Below are positions 1-9,813 of a DNA stretch of 64,000 nt, piece after piece. Position numbers and translations under genes: made by a program. Source of the stretch: Desulfatiglandales bacterium (lineage in GTDB: Bacteria; Desulfobacterota; DSM-4660; Desulfatiglandales; Desulfatiglandaceae); the NCBI GenBank assembly GCA_963662465.1, contig OY759599.1:224001-288000 (forward strand), given 5' to 3'. Below the pieces are notes generated by a model. It did no database searches, was not told the origin of the DNA, and saw only the letters and a program-made list of their open reading frames with translations. Numbering within the stretch: the stretch's first letter is position 1; each line of letters begins with the position of its first letter.

Positions 1-184
1 GGTTTGGGGGTGTTTGAGTCAGAATGTTTCGGCGATTTTTCTCTGGGGATATCCGGCTGGTCCTGGCGTAAAAACGGGAATTTCTCTTGACAGCGCGGAC
101 AGACCGCCATTTTCGCCGTGGCGGGGATCTTTTTTTCGGAGAGTTTTTTTGAAAAGCCGCAAAAAGGGCAGATCAGTTGAACGC

Positions 185-466
185 TCACTTTCTCTCTCCT
201 TTATGCTGTTTATTGCGTTTGCTGAGTTCTTTTTTGTCGGACCAGCGTTTCAGGCGGCCCAGAAATCCGCCCGAAGACGATCGATCCAGGGCTTCACTTC
301 TCAGTTGAAAGCCTGATTCAGTTTGCAGGGCTGCCTGTAAACATTCTTTTCGATCATCGCATTGGAAACATTCGGGCACAATTTCCCTGAGGCCTTCATT
401 TCCCATGGGAAAGACGTTATCCAGAATTCCGAAGCAGTCTTTATGGGGATGATTCATGACGTTCAC
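185..466 (-). CDS. Small Cys-rich hypothetical protein (possible metal-binding)
   Basis: 93-aa ORF with C-x(20)-CxxC-x5-C pattern (KDCFG...PECFQCDDRKECL) and basic C-terminus; divergent from the next gene. Confidence 0.6.
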   Translation of the reverse strand: MNVMNHPHKDCFGILDNVFPMGNEGLREIVPECFQCDDRKECLQAALQTESGFQLRSEALDRSSSGGFLGRLKRWSDKKELSKRNKQHKGERK

Positions 467-481
467 GCCTTATTTACCTTT

Positions 482-533
482 AGTGAAAAGTGAATGGTGA
501 AAAGTCTCTTCACTCTTCACTCTTCACTCTTCA
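482..533. repeat. Inverted heptamer tandem repeats forming a hairpin
   Basis: RGTGAAW x3 (482-502) followed by CTCTTCA x4 (506-533), which are approximate reverse complements. Confidence 0.75.
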
Positions 534-650
534 ATGTCGGCAATATACACTATTTGTTTGGATGAATAAACCCTGATCTTAAAATAAAAGGCAACCGTGA
601 ACCATAAACCGTTGCTGGTAATTCCGTTGACATGGGGAACATGAAATCCT

Positions 651-1265
651 ATGATTCAAACCATGGAAAGAGAAACCAAAGTTTATCTGGTCCGGCACGG
701 TCAGGTTAAAAACTATGAAGAAATTCCCATATACGGTCACACGGATGTGGATTTGACCGAAATCGGGGTGCTTCAGTTGGAGAAGGTGGCTGAACGTCTT
801 CGTTCGGCGGAAATCGGGACTATTTTTGCCAGCGATCTTAAACGGGCTGAAACCGGCGCCCGTCAGATCGGTTCCCATCATCATGTGCCGATTCGTTCTA
901 TCCCCGAGCTTCGGGAGATGTATTTCGGCGACTGGGAAGGATCCAACCTGGGGAAAATCATCAAAAATTACCCGGAGGAACTGGAGAAAAGAAAAAGAGA
1001 TCCTGTCCATTACGCCTGTCCGGGGGGCGGCGAGTCCATTTCCCAATTGTCGGACAGGGTCATGCCGGTTTTCGAGAGAATACGGGGTGAAGAAGCCGGA
1101 AAAGAGATTGTTATCGTGGCCCATGGTGGTGTTACCCGGGTCATTTTGTGCCATGCATTAGGGCTTGATCTATCCCGCATGTTCAATATTCAACAAGATT
1201 ATGGGTGCTTGAACATCATCGATTTTTTTCCTGATTCGACCCTGGTTCGACTGATCAATGGATGA
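651..1265 (+). CDS. cobC: Histidine phosphatase family protein (alpha-ribazole phosphatase-like)
   Basis: LVRHG motif, SDLKRA, LREMYFGDWEG, GGES, VAHGG; the gene symbol is tentative. Confidence 0.75.
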   Translation: MIQTMERETKVYLVRHGQVKNYEEIPIYGHTDVDLTEIGVLQLEKVAERLRSAEIGTIFASDLKRAETGARQIGSHHHVPIRSIPELREMYFGDWEGSNLGKIIKNYPEELEKRKRDPVHYACPGGGESISQLSDRVMPVFERIRGEEAGKEIVIVAHGGVTRVILCHALGLDLSRMFNIQQDYGCLNIIDFFPDSTLVRLING

Positions 1266-3522
1266 GGATGATGATGTCGGTAGGGGGAGTTCGGAGAGGA
1301 TGCACGGCAATGTTGAACCAAGCCCTCGTGCTGCTGTAAACGACGTCAAGATGACGGATGGGCCGAAAACGGCGATTCCCGATCTTGTGGCTAAAAATGG
1401 TCTTTCAACGTCAAACGGGGTTGAAGAAATTCTGGAGCGGGCCGCTTCACTGCGGGAATTGGGTTTGTTGGGCAAAGCGGCAATTGAATATGAAAGCCTT
1501 CTGAAAACGGATTGTCCGCCCTCAAAAATCATTCCGGCAATTATGGCCTGCCTTTCAAAAACCCATTCTCCCTCGAAGATCATCAACAGAATCGATGATA
1601 TCGTTAATGGGTTGCGGTTAAGCGATTTGAGGATCGCCCAGATCAGGTTTATCCTCGGGCTGGAAAATGAAATCCGGGGGCATGAAGATCTTGCCCTGGA
1701 AATGTACAAGGCCGCTTCAGAAGCGGACCCCAAAAACGAAAAGATCAAACAGAAAATTAAGCAGGTCATTTCAAAATTATATTCCGGTTCCAGATATGAT
1801 TATCTGCTTCGGAAAAAAACCATCACCTCCGACCAGCTTCGAACAGCGTTGGCACTTTCCAAAAAGACAAATCAAAGCGTTGAACACCTGTTGATTGAAC
1901 ATTTCAATCTTCCGAAAAGCGAGGTGGGAAAGTCGCTCTCTCTTTTTTATGGATGTCCTTTCAGGTCTTTTGATCCCGATATTGCGGTTCCCGTGGAACT
2001 GATTGGAAATTTGAAAAAGACCTTTCTGCTGCACGATTTGTGGGTTCCCATGAGTTGGGGAAAGCAGGGTGTGGAGATTCTGATCGATGATCCGGGAGAC
2101 CTTAGGAAAACCGGTCAGATCCGGGGATTGACCAAAACCACCAAGATTATTTTTTCCGTGGGCATCAGGGAAGATATCGAAAAATACGTTCTCCATTTTT
2201 TTGACAAGAAGGCTGAAGCATCCGCAGAAGATATGATATCCGAACTGGATATGATTCCCGACATCTCTTTTGAAGAGGAGGAAGACGATGATCCGGAGGA
2301 AGACGATCTTTTAAACGAAGACTCCAGCCAGGTGGTTCGGCTGGTGGATCAAATTATTATCAACGCCTACAGAAGCAATGCCTCTGATATTCACATCGAA
2401 CCATCGCCCGAGACTCGGAAAACCAGAATTCGATTCAGAATGGATGGCGTTTGCCAGGAATACGCACAGGTTCCCGAGTATATGTCACGAGGAATCCTTT
2501 CGCGAATAAAAATCATGGCGGGTCTCGATATCGCCGAGAGGCGTTTGCCCCAGGATGGGAAACTAAAGTTCAGGCGAAAAGGGGTGCCTCCCTTCGAACT
2601 TCGACTGGCGACCATTCCCACTGCGGGCGACCGTGAAGATGCGGTTTTGAGGCTTCTGGCCCGTGCCGGGGCCATGGCTTTTTCCGATATGGGGTTAAAC
2701 GAGCGAAACATGCGAATTATGGAACGAATTCTCGAACAACCCTACGGGATGATTCTGGTGGTGGGACCTACGGGTTCGGGGAAAACGACCACGCTGCATT
2801 CCGCCCTCGGCCGCATCAACAAACCCGGCATTAAAATCTGGACGGCCGAAGATCCGGTGGAGATTACTCAGGAAGGACTCAGGCAGGTGGAGGCGAAACC
2901 TAAAATCGGTCTTGATTTCCCGAGGATCATGCGTTCTTTTTTAAGGGCCGACCCCGATGTGATTATGATCGGCGAGATGCGGGATTTTGAAACGGCATCC
3001 ATCGGGATTGAGGCATCCCTCACCGGACATCTGGTTTTTTCCACGCTTCATACCAACAGCGCTCCCGAAACCGTGACCCGACTCCTGGATATGGGGTTGA
3101 ACCCTCTCAACTTCTCGGATTCCCTGTTGGGGGTCCTGGCCCAGCGTCTGATTCGAAGGCTGTGCCCCAAGTGCAAGAAGCAATACCATCCCACCCGGGA
3201 GGAATTTGATGAGATCGCGGCTGAGTACGGTCTTGAAGTTTTCGCGAAAACCAATATCCAATACACCCCTGAACTGACCTTGTATCGTCCCTGGAAATGC
3301 GATGCCTGTTCCGGGACCGGCTATAAAGGGCGTTTGGGGATACATGAATTGCTGGAAGGAACCCCGGAGATCAAAAAACTCATCAAAAAAAGGGCGACTT
3401 CCGAGGATCTTTTGAAGGTCAGTGTAAATCAAGGGATGACGACGCTCAAACAGGATGGTATTATGAAGGCCTTTTTAGGGTCGACGGATATGAGTGAAGT
3501 GAGACGGGTCTGTATTAATTGA
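1258..3522 (+). CDS. GspE/PulE/PilB family secretion or pilus ATPase with N-terminal TPR-like region
   Basis: ASDIHIEP, RLPQDG, Walker A GPTGSGKTT, TAEDPVE, LRADPDVIMIGEMRD, GHLVFSTLHTN, two CxxC pairs. Confidence 0.92.
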   Translation: MDEDDDVGRGSSERMHGNVEPSPRAAVNDVKMTDGPKTAIPDLVAKNGLSTSNGVEEILERAASLRELGLLGKAAIEYESLLKTDCPPSKIIPAIMACLSKTHSPSKIINRIDDIVNGLRLSDLRIAQIRFILGLENEIRGHEDLALEMYKAASEADPKNEKIKQKIKQVISKLYSGSRYDYLLRKKTITSDQLRTALALSKKTNQSVEHLLIEHFNLPKSEVGKSLSLFYGCPFRSFDPDIAVPVELIGNLKKTFLLHDLWVPMSWGKQGVEILIDDPGDLRKTGQIRGLTKTTKIIFSVGIREDIEKYVLHFFDKKAEASAEDMISELDMIPDISFEEEEDDDPEEDDLLNEDSSQVVRLVDQIIINAYRSNASDIHIEPSPETRKTRIRFRMDGVCQEYAQVPEYMSRGILSRIKIMAGLDIAERRLPQDGKLKFRRKGVPPFELRLATIPTAGDREDAVLRLLARAGAMAFSDMGLNERNMRIMERILEQPYGMILVVGPTGSGKTTTLHSALGRINKPGIKIWTAEDPVEITQEGLRQVEAKPKIGLDFPRIMRSFLRADPDVIMIGEMRDFETASIGIEASLTGHLVFSTLHTNSAPETVTRLLDMGLNPLNFSDSLLGVLAQRLIRRLCPKCKKQYHPTREEFDEIAAEYGLEVFAKTNIQYTPELTLYRPWKCDACSGTGYKGRLGIHELLEGTPEIKKLIKKRATSEDLLKVSVNQGMTTLKQDGIMKAFLGSTDMSEVRRVCIN

Positions 3523-3550
3523 TGATCCAGCGTACCGGGAGGTATTGACC

Positions 3551-4339
3551 ATGGCAAAGAAGGCTCTGGTTGTGGATAATGATTTTTTCTTTGTGGAATT
3601 CCTTGCCGAACTTCTTGAAAATAGGGGATATGAGGTGGTTAAGGCCTATGATGGCAAAGAAGGCATTACAAAGCTGGATGAAGCGACGTTTAACGTCCTT
3701 TTTGCCGATCTTATCATGCCCAAAATCGATGGATTACAGTTGATCAAATTTGCACGCAGGAAGTTTTCCCATGGCAAGTTTGCCATTATTGCGGTTTCAG
3801 GTACCCTGATTGAGCAGATGGAAGATGTCAAAAATATCGGTGCGGATTATTGTGTGGTAAAGGGGCCGCTGGAAACAATGACGCGTACCCTCAATGATGT
3901 TTTGGATAATCTGGAGATTCGCGGCGATCTTGAATCACCCCATGGCTTTGTTGATTCCGGGAATCTGTATCCCCGCCAGGCTACCGTGGAGCTGGTTAAG
4001 GAAATGAAATTTCAGAGGGCGGTCCATGATAGTATCGGAATCGGCATTCTGGTCCTCGACAAAGATGCCAGGGTCATGAGCGCCAATGCCATGGCCCTGG
4101 AACTCCTTAATAAACCCCTTGAAGATGTGTTGAACCAGCGGATTACCGCCATTTTTCCTAAGGGAGAACAGGGTCGATTGGTTCATGCGCTTAAGGATGT
4201 GGCCAAGAATCTGAATTTAAGGAAGCGCAGTCTTTTCTTGACCCGCGGGTTCGAGGAAATAAGACTGGTGGTATCGGTTCTTAAAATGGGCAACGACCTG
4301 GAAGGATGGGTCCTGGCAATGGAGGATAAAAACCCATGA
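3551..4339 (+). CDS. Response regulator receiver plus PAS domain protein
   Basis: ALVVDND, DLIMPKIDG and KGP receiver motifs; C-terminal PAS-like GILVLDKDARVMSAN. Confidence 0.8.
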   Translation: MAKKALVVDNDFFFVEFLAELLENRGYEVVKAYDGKEGITKLDEATFNVLFADLIMPKIDGLQLIKFARRKFSHGKFAIIAVSGTLIEQMEDVKNIGADYCVVKGPLETMTRTLNDVLDNLEIRGDLESPHGFVDSGNLYPRQATVELVKEMKFQRAVHDSIGIGILVLDKDARVMSANAMALELLNKPLEDVLNQRITAIFPKGEQGRLVHALKDVAKNLNLRKRSLFLTRGFEEIRLVVSVLKMGNDLEGWVLAMEDKNP

Positions 4340-5595
4340 GTCGAACAAGTATCAGAAATAAACTTATTCTCAGCTTCCTCATTTTACTCCTGCTGCTGAT
4401 GATGGTGGTGGCTGTCATTAACCGGCTGACCCATGACTTTTATACGGCACAGGCCATTTCCGTTGCACTGGCCCTGGCCGCGGGCGTCGTTTTCGGGAGC
4501 TTTTTTTCCAGATCCATCGTGCGCCGTTTGAACAGCTTGAGCAGCGTGGCCCGAGAGGTCAGCAGAGGTGATCTTTCAAAGGACATCCCCTTGCTGAGCC
4601 AAGATGAAATTCGGGATCTGGAAGAGGTCTTCGCGTCAATGGTTATTGATCTTCGAGAGATGATTTCGGATATTAAAAACGTTTCTGGTAAAATGGAGGA
4701 AACCAATAAAACGCTCAGTGCCCTGGCGAAAAAGGTTTTGGTCAGCAGTGAGGGCATTGATCAATCGGCCATGGCCATTGCCAAGGGGTCGGAACAGCAG
4801 ACCATGATTGTTCAGAAGACATCTCTGATCATTAACAACAGCCTCGACCAGATGGATGCGGCGGGTCGGCAGTCAGCCAAGACGGTATCGAAAATCAACA
4901 ATGCACTGGTGAAGACGGAAAGCGGCGAAACCAAAGCCCGGGAAACCCTGGGGTACCTTGAAAACGTTCTCAAACAGATGGTGGAAAATGCAAAACCCAT
5001 CTACCGGTTGAGCAACAAGGTGGAAAAGATCAGGATGGTCATGCATGTTATGGACGAAGTCGCTCAGAAAACGGATCTCCTTTCTCTGAATGCTTCCATC
5101 GAGGCCACCCGGGCCGGTGAAATGGGAAAAGGATTTGCACTGGTGGCCAATGAGATCCGGAACATGGCGGAAAACTCCAAGCAGTCTTCCCGGGAGATCA
5201 AACGGATCGTGGATGATATATTTCAGGACAACAAGGCAGTGATTGAGGCTCTCCGGAAGAGCGAAGAAGATATAGGGAAGGGGCGCGGCATCATTACCGG
5301 CATGGTCGGCACTTTTAAGGAGATGCTTTCAGGCGTTGCGGAAATCTCTTCCGAGGTCAAGGGGGTAGAAGACGTGACTCGACACCAGGTCAAGGAAATA
5401 CGCGGGTTGCTCGATCACTTTGAGGAGCTTTCACGGTTGGCCCAGGAAAATTTTGTGTCCACCCAGAAGACCACCGTGGGGACCCGAAGCCAGAAGGAGG
5501 GGATGAAGGAGATTGTAGAATTAATGCAGTCTTTGAATGCGCTTTCAGATAGGATGATGGCATCTCAGCGGCGTTTCAGGCTTCGTGGGGACTAG
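4336..5595 (+). CDS. Methyl-accepting chemotaxis protein (two TM helices, HAMP, no large sensor domain)
   Basis: Two N-terminal hydrophobic helices, HAMP, TDLLSLNASIEATRAGEMGKGFALVANEIR signalling hairpin. Confidence 0.92.
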   Translation: MSRTSIRNKLILSFLILLLLLMMVVAVINRLTHDFYTAQAISVALALAAGVVFGSFFSRSIVRRLNSLSSVAREVSRGDLSKDIPLLSQDEIRDLEEVFASMVIDLREMISDIKNVSGKMEETNKTLSALAKKVLVSSEGIDQSAMAIAKGSEQQTMIVQKTSLIINNSLDQMDAAGRQSAKTVSKINNALVKTESGETKARETLGYLENVLKQMVENAKPIYRLSNKVEKIRMVMHVMDEVAQKTDLLSLNASIEATRAGEMGKGFALVANEIRNMAENSKQSSREIKRIVDDIFQDNKAVIEALRKSEEDIGKGRGIITGMVGTFKEMLSGVAEISSEVKGVEDVTRHQVKEIRGLLDHFEELSRLAQENFVSTQKTTVGTRSQKEGMKEIVELMQSLNALSDRMMASQRRFRLRGD

Positions 5596-5598
5596 GGG

Positions 5599-5994
5599 AT
5601 GGACATTTTTATTTTTGCGGCGGCGAAAAAATATATCGGTATCGAGGCCAAATACATCTACCGCATAGCGGATCACGTGAAAATTGTACCCGTGCCTTTG
5701 ACGCCTACCTGCTATGAGGGCTTGATCTACTACCGGGGAGATCTATTCGACGTGATCGATATGGGACGCCTGATGGAAAATAACCCGTCATCGCTTCACG
5801 GAGACCCTTATATTATCCTGCTGAAATGGGACAGCGGAAAGCTGGGCTTAATCCCGGACAGGATTGTGGGCATGAAGTGGATTGAAGAAGACAGCGGAAA
5901 ACGGGCTGTCTTTAATCGACAAGGGGATGTGGCAATCCTGATGACGCCCGATGAAATCTGGAAGATACTGGCAGGGTTGGCCTATGGAACTTGA
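5599..5994 (+). CDS. cheW: CheW-like protein
   Basis: VPVPLTP..YEGLIYYRGDLFDVIDM, LGLIPDRIVG; lies between the MCP and CheA. Confidence 0.8.
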   Translation: MDIFIFAAAKKYIGIEAKYIYRIADHVKIVPVPLTPTCYEGLIYYRGDLFDVIDMGRLMENNPSSLHGDPYIILLKWDSGKLGLIPDRIVGMKWIEEDSGKRAVFNRQGDVAILMTPDEIWKILAGLAYGT

Positions 5995-7558
5995 AAAATA
6001 TCAGAAAATTTTTATCCAGGAATCCAACAAGTATCTTGATGCGTTGGATGTCGTTTTGATTCAGGTGGAAAAAGACCTTCAAAACCGCCGGTTGTGGGGT
6101 GATATCCATGGCAAAATTCACTCTATGAAGGGAATGGCGAGAGCCCTCAGTATGGATGAATTGGCCACCTTCTGTCATGCCATGGAGGAGTGGTGCAAGC
6201 TGTTTCAGGAGGGCGTTAAAACCCCGGGCGAGCGGGTCGTTCAATTGTTTTTTGACGGTACGGACCTGTTAAAACGCTTTGTGGCGGGTAAGGGCGAACT
6301 TAGCGGGCCTGAGGATTTAAAACGATTAAAGGGGATCACCGCCGACCTGGCAAAAAACCCCGACGACCTGGTTGACCCACCGGAACCGGAGATCCGTCCC
6401 TCTTATGCGCCCGCGAAAATTGATCGTATCCGGGTGGATTACGCATTGATCGAATCGCTCCTGGCCCGTTCCCAGGAAATCATGATGTTGGAAAAGATGC
6501 TCCCACCCCTGACCCAGGATCAGATATCGTCCGGGTTGAGGGCCTGGGTCAATAATTTCATTGCCATGTTGAAAGGTCTCTATTTCCAGTTGGCCCAGCT
6601 CAGGTTGATGCCGGTCCAGGATTTCGGGGATTTGTTTGCAAAGACGATTCGCGATCTGGCAAAAACCTACAACCGGGAGGTAACGCTTGAAATTGTGGGA
6701 GGGGAAATTGAGGTGGATATCGGGTTGATGGATCGCCTGAGAGAACCCTTCATGCACCTGTTGCGCAATGCCGTTGCCCACGGTATCGAGCTGCCGGATG
6801 AACGGGAGCATGCGGGGAAGCGCCGGGAAGGGAAAATTACCCTGGAAGCCGAAAGGCGCGGGGACCAGCTGGTGCTCAAGATCAGCGACGATGGTCGGGG
6901 TATCGACCTGGATGCCATCAGGACTTACCTGAAAGACAAGATCGGCATGTCCAATGAGGAGATGGGCGAACTTTCCAGTGATGAACTTCTGAACATTATT
7001 TGTCGAACGGATTTTTCTTCCGCAAAGGAAACGACGCAACTGGCGGGAAGAGGCATCGGGATGAATGTCATTGTCCAGGCCATCGGGTATTTGGGTGGGG
7101 CCATGAAGGTCCATTCGGAACCTTTAAAAGGGACGCAATTCATTATAACGCTCCCCCTTTCGCTATCCATTATTTATGCGGTTCTGTTCAGGTTGGGGGA
7201 ATATACCCTGGCGATTCCCACGTCTCATGTGGAGGCCATTGAAAAAGAGGGTTCGGATTCACCCGATAAAGATGGGGGATTCTGTGATCTCAGAAGTCTT
7301 TTGCGAATGGATGCCGATGCCGATGGCAAGGGTCAAATTATCAGACTGCGACCGCCTGCAACATCTGATATGCTATTGCCCCAGAAGGGTGGCCTCGGCA
7401 TTGCCGCTGACGCGATTGTTGGAAATATGCCGCTGATGGCCATTCCGTTGGGAGAATTTCTGGCCAAAACTCGCCTTTTTGCCGGAGTGGGAATTATGGA
7501 AAACGGTGATATTTCCCTCATCCTTGACCTGGAAAAGATTCAAGCGGCCGCAGCGTAA
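5984..7558 (+). CDS. cheA: Chemotaxis histidine kinase CheA
   Basis: Hpt IHSMKGMA, HLLRNAVAHGIE, ISDDGRGID, GRGIGM, GTQFIITLPLSL, C-terminal CheW domain; start placed at ATG 5984. Confidence 0.92.
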   Translation: MELEKYQKIFIQESNKYLDALDVVLIQVEKDLQNRRLWGDIHGKIHSMKGMARALSMDELATFCHAMEEWCKLFQEGVKTPGERVVQLFFDGTDLLKRFVAGKGELSGPEDLKRLKGITADLAKNPDDLVDPPEPEIRPSYAPAKIDRIRVDYALIESLLARSQEIMMLEKMLPPLTQDQISSGLRAWVNNFIAMLKGLYFQLAQLRLMPVQDFGDLFAKTIRDLAKTYNREVTLEIVGGEIEVDIGLMDRLREPFMHLLRNAVAHGIELPDEREHAGKRREGKITLEAERRGDQLVLKISDDGRGIDLDAIRTYLKDKIGMSNEEMGELSSDELLNIICRTDFSSAKETTQLAGRGIGMNVIVQAIGYLGGAMKVHSEPLKGTQFIITLPLSLSIIYAVLFRLGEYTLAIPTSHVEAIEKEGSDSPDKDGGFCDLRSLLRMDADADGKGQIIRLRPPATSDMLLPQKGGLGIAADAIVGNMPLMAIPLGEFLAKTRLFAGVGIMENGDISLILDLEKIQAAAA

Positions 7559-7593
7559 GATTTAAACTCTATCCTTGATTCAGAGAGAACAAA

Positions 7594-8148
7594 ATGGCAG
7601 AGATCGGCAGGATCAACAAGCTTAAAATAAAACGAAAGCGGGACTATGGCGCTCACCTTGATGGGGGTGCGTCAGATAAACAAACCAATTGCATCACAGC
7701 CTCTTCGAAGCTGGATAAATTTCTAGGTTTGCAACCGCCGCGCTACGATGAGGGTCAAGAGGTCGATCTGCTTATTTGTGAAAAAACAGATTTGGGTTAT
7801 AAAGCGGTTATTAACAATTCTCATTGGGGCATGATCTATCAAAACGAAGTATTTCAGAAGCTTTACATCGGCCAGCCGCTGAAAGGCTACGTAAAATTAA
7901 TTCGCGAAGACCTTAAAATTGACATCACCCTGCAACCATCAGGCTATCAAAGGGTGGATGCTGTTTCCCGGGACATTCTGGAAAAGATAAAAGATTTTGG
8001 CGGCGGTATTGCTGTTACGGATAAAAGCCCGCCGGAAGAGATCTACTCCCTGTTCGGGGTCAGTAAAAAAATATTCAAAAAGGCAATCGGCACACTCTAC
8101 AAGAAAAGACGGATTACCATTGATGTCAATGGCATCAAACTTGCCTGA
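7594..8148 (+). CDS. CvfB-like S1 RNA-binding protein, apparently internally deleted
   Basis: MAEIGRINKL..GAHLDGG start, TDLGYKAVIN, DKSPPEEIYSLFGVSKKIFKKAIGTLYK; only 184 aa. Confidence 0.75.
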   Translation: MAEIGRINKLKIKRKRDYGAHLDGGASDKQTNCITASSKLDKFLGLQPPRYDEGQEVDLLICEKTDLGYKAVINNSHWGMIYQNEVFQKLYIGQPLKGYVKLIREDLKIDITLQPSGYQRVDAVSRDILEKIKDFGGGIAVTDKSPPEEIYSLFGVSKKIFKKAIGTLYKKRRITIDVNGIKLA

Positions 8149-8254
8149 AAATTCGGCTAAAAAAAGGACCGGATCTATTGGTTTTTGCTTTTAACTTATC
8201 CCTGCTTATTGACTTACCGCAGATTTCCCCGCAGCTGAATAGGAATATTATGAA

Positions 8255-8750
8255 ATGAGAATTTACCTTGATTGTTGTTGTTTACAACGACCCTTTGATG
8301 ATCGGTCTCAGCCAAGAATTTCAGTTGAGGCTGAAGCGGTGCTTGTTGTTCTTGCATTGTGTGAATCTGATTATTTGAAGCTCATCTCATCAGATGCTCT
8401 GTCATTCGAAATCAATCAAATTCCCGATCAGGTTCGTAAAGAAGATGCTTTTGCAATTCTTACCCTTTCGGAACAAAACATTTCAGGTTCGTAAAGAAGA
8501 TGCTTTTGCAATTCTTACCCTTTCGGAACAAAACATTGAGTTGACATCAGAAATTGAAGCATTGGCCATGGAATTTGGTGGATACGGTATAAAAACATTT
8601 GATGCTTTGCATCTTGCATTTGCATCTTTTTCAAAAGTTGATTATTTTTGTACATGCGATGATAAATTTTTAAAAAAGGCAAAGCGTTTAGGCGGATTAA
8701 ATACCAAGGTGGTATCCCCCACCGAATTGGTGATGGAGTTAGACATATGA
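8255..8750 (+). pseudogene. PIN-domain toxin-like gene frameshifted by a 55-bp tandem duplication
   Basis: MRIYLDCCCLQRPFDD in one frame; DALHLAFA..FCTCDDKFL in another; removing one repeat copy restores a 146-aa ORF. Confidence 0.85.
8428..8537 (+). repeat. Perfect 55-bp tandem duplication
   Basis: TCAGGTTCGTAAAGAAGATGCTTTTGCAATTCTTACCCTTTCGGAACAAAACATT at 8428-8482 and 8483-8537. Confidence 0.97.
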
Positions 8751-9037
8751 ATACAGTTATACGGCCAATATCTGAAATTAACCGCCAAGCTACTCACCTT
8801 CTATTCAAAGAAATGGGGGTGGTTGAAACCATCCGTTTTTTGAATCAGTTTTCGGTAGGCCAAGGCAACTATACCAAAGATCGTGAGAAATGGTTGGATA
8901 AGATATCCCTGGATGATGCCATCTCTCGAATGAAATCAGGGGAAAAAAACCTGCCCAACCAGAAGTTTTATCGGTCGGGGTCGAACCACGCTAACTACTT
9001 ATTACCCCGAGGAATAGACCGTGTAAACACAGCATAA
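8747..9037 (+). CDS. Small partner protein of the PIN gene (putative antitoxin)
   Basis: ATGA overlap with the PIN gene stop; GVVETIRFLNQF..GQGNYTKDR pattern typical of genes downstream of this PIN family. Confidence 0.6.
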   Translation: MNTVIRPISEINRQATHLLFKEMGVVETIRFLNQFSVGQGNYTKDREKWLDKISLDDAISRMKSGEKNLPNQKFYRSGSNHANYLLPRGIDRVNTA

Positions 9038-9071
9038 AGATAGTTTAAATAAGTGTTCTTTTTTGCCGTGG

Positions 9072-9638
9072 CTAATAAAAATGCCGATCCTTTTTGTCGG
9101 TCCATGCCTGGTAGGCGTTGAGTCCCAGGTCTCGGCGATATTGCTTAATCTTGATACGGCGTCGCTCCAGGGGCAAAAGAAAATCCTCGTATTGAAAGGC
9201 GTCGTCAAAACCGATTTTCCGGGTATCTTCAAGGTCGCAGGCAAAGTACACCGCGTCTATTCTGGCCCAGTAGATGGCGCTCATGCACATGGGACAGGGT
9301 GCGCCGCTGATAAAGATTTCATGTCCCATGAGCATCCTAGCACGTTCGGGAACGGGATCGGGGGAGCCGTCGGGACGCGCCACAAACGCGAGGGTCGACT
9401 TGTTTTGGTTTCCTGGGCTGATGGTGGGCGAATAGGGGTTGATTACCCTGACTGCTTTGCGAATGGCTTCAAGCTCGGCATGGGCTGTGATGTCTCCTGT
9501 GAGCAGCACCCGGTTCTGGCCTCGGGCGATAATCTCTCTATTCCTGGCAATGACCGCGCCAAAGGGGCCGCCCCAATTGTTGTCAACGGATTCCTTGGCC
9601 AGCCGGCAGGCTTCTGCAATTAATTCATCGTGGGTCAT
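9072..9638 (-). CDS. Nucleoside/guanine deaminase (CDA superfamily)
   Basis: GGPFGAVI, TAHAE, PCPMCMSAIYWARI, IGFDD. Confidence 0.88.
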   Translation of the reverse strand: MTHDELIAEACRLAKESVDNNWGGPFGAVIARNREIIARGQNRVLLTGDITAHAELEAIRKAVRVINPYSPTISPGNQNKSTLAFVARPDGSPDPVPERARMLMGHEIFISGAPCPMCMSAIYWARIDAVYFACDLEDTRKIGFDDAFQYEDFLLPLERRRIKIKQYRRDLGLNAYQAWTDKKDRHFY

Positions 9639-9813
9639 GATTTTGCTCCTTATGGGGTATTTTTGAGTTTCTAGTATAAAAAATTGATTGAGGAGATCAT
9701 TTCCCTTGAGAGGGTCGCGGATCTGATGCCGGATATCTTTAGGGAGAAAACCCTTAAATATGTCATTGATTTCAAGCGAGGGCTATGAAGTAAACAACAA
9801 TTGGCGGAACGTA

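Noticed and set aside
8200..8990. Integron attC-like fragments around the PIN module (GCCCAAC at 8953)
   Set aside because: No matching GTTRRRY end or complete stem could be found; an IntegronFinder run would be needed.
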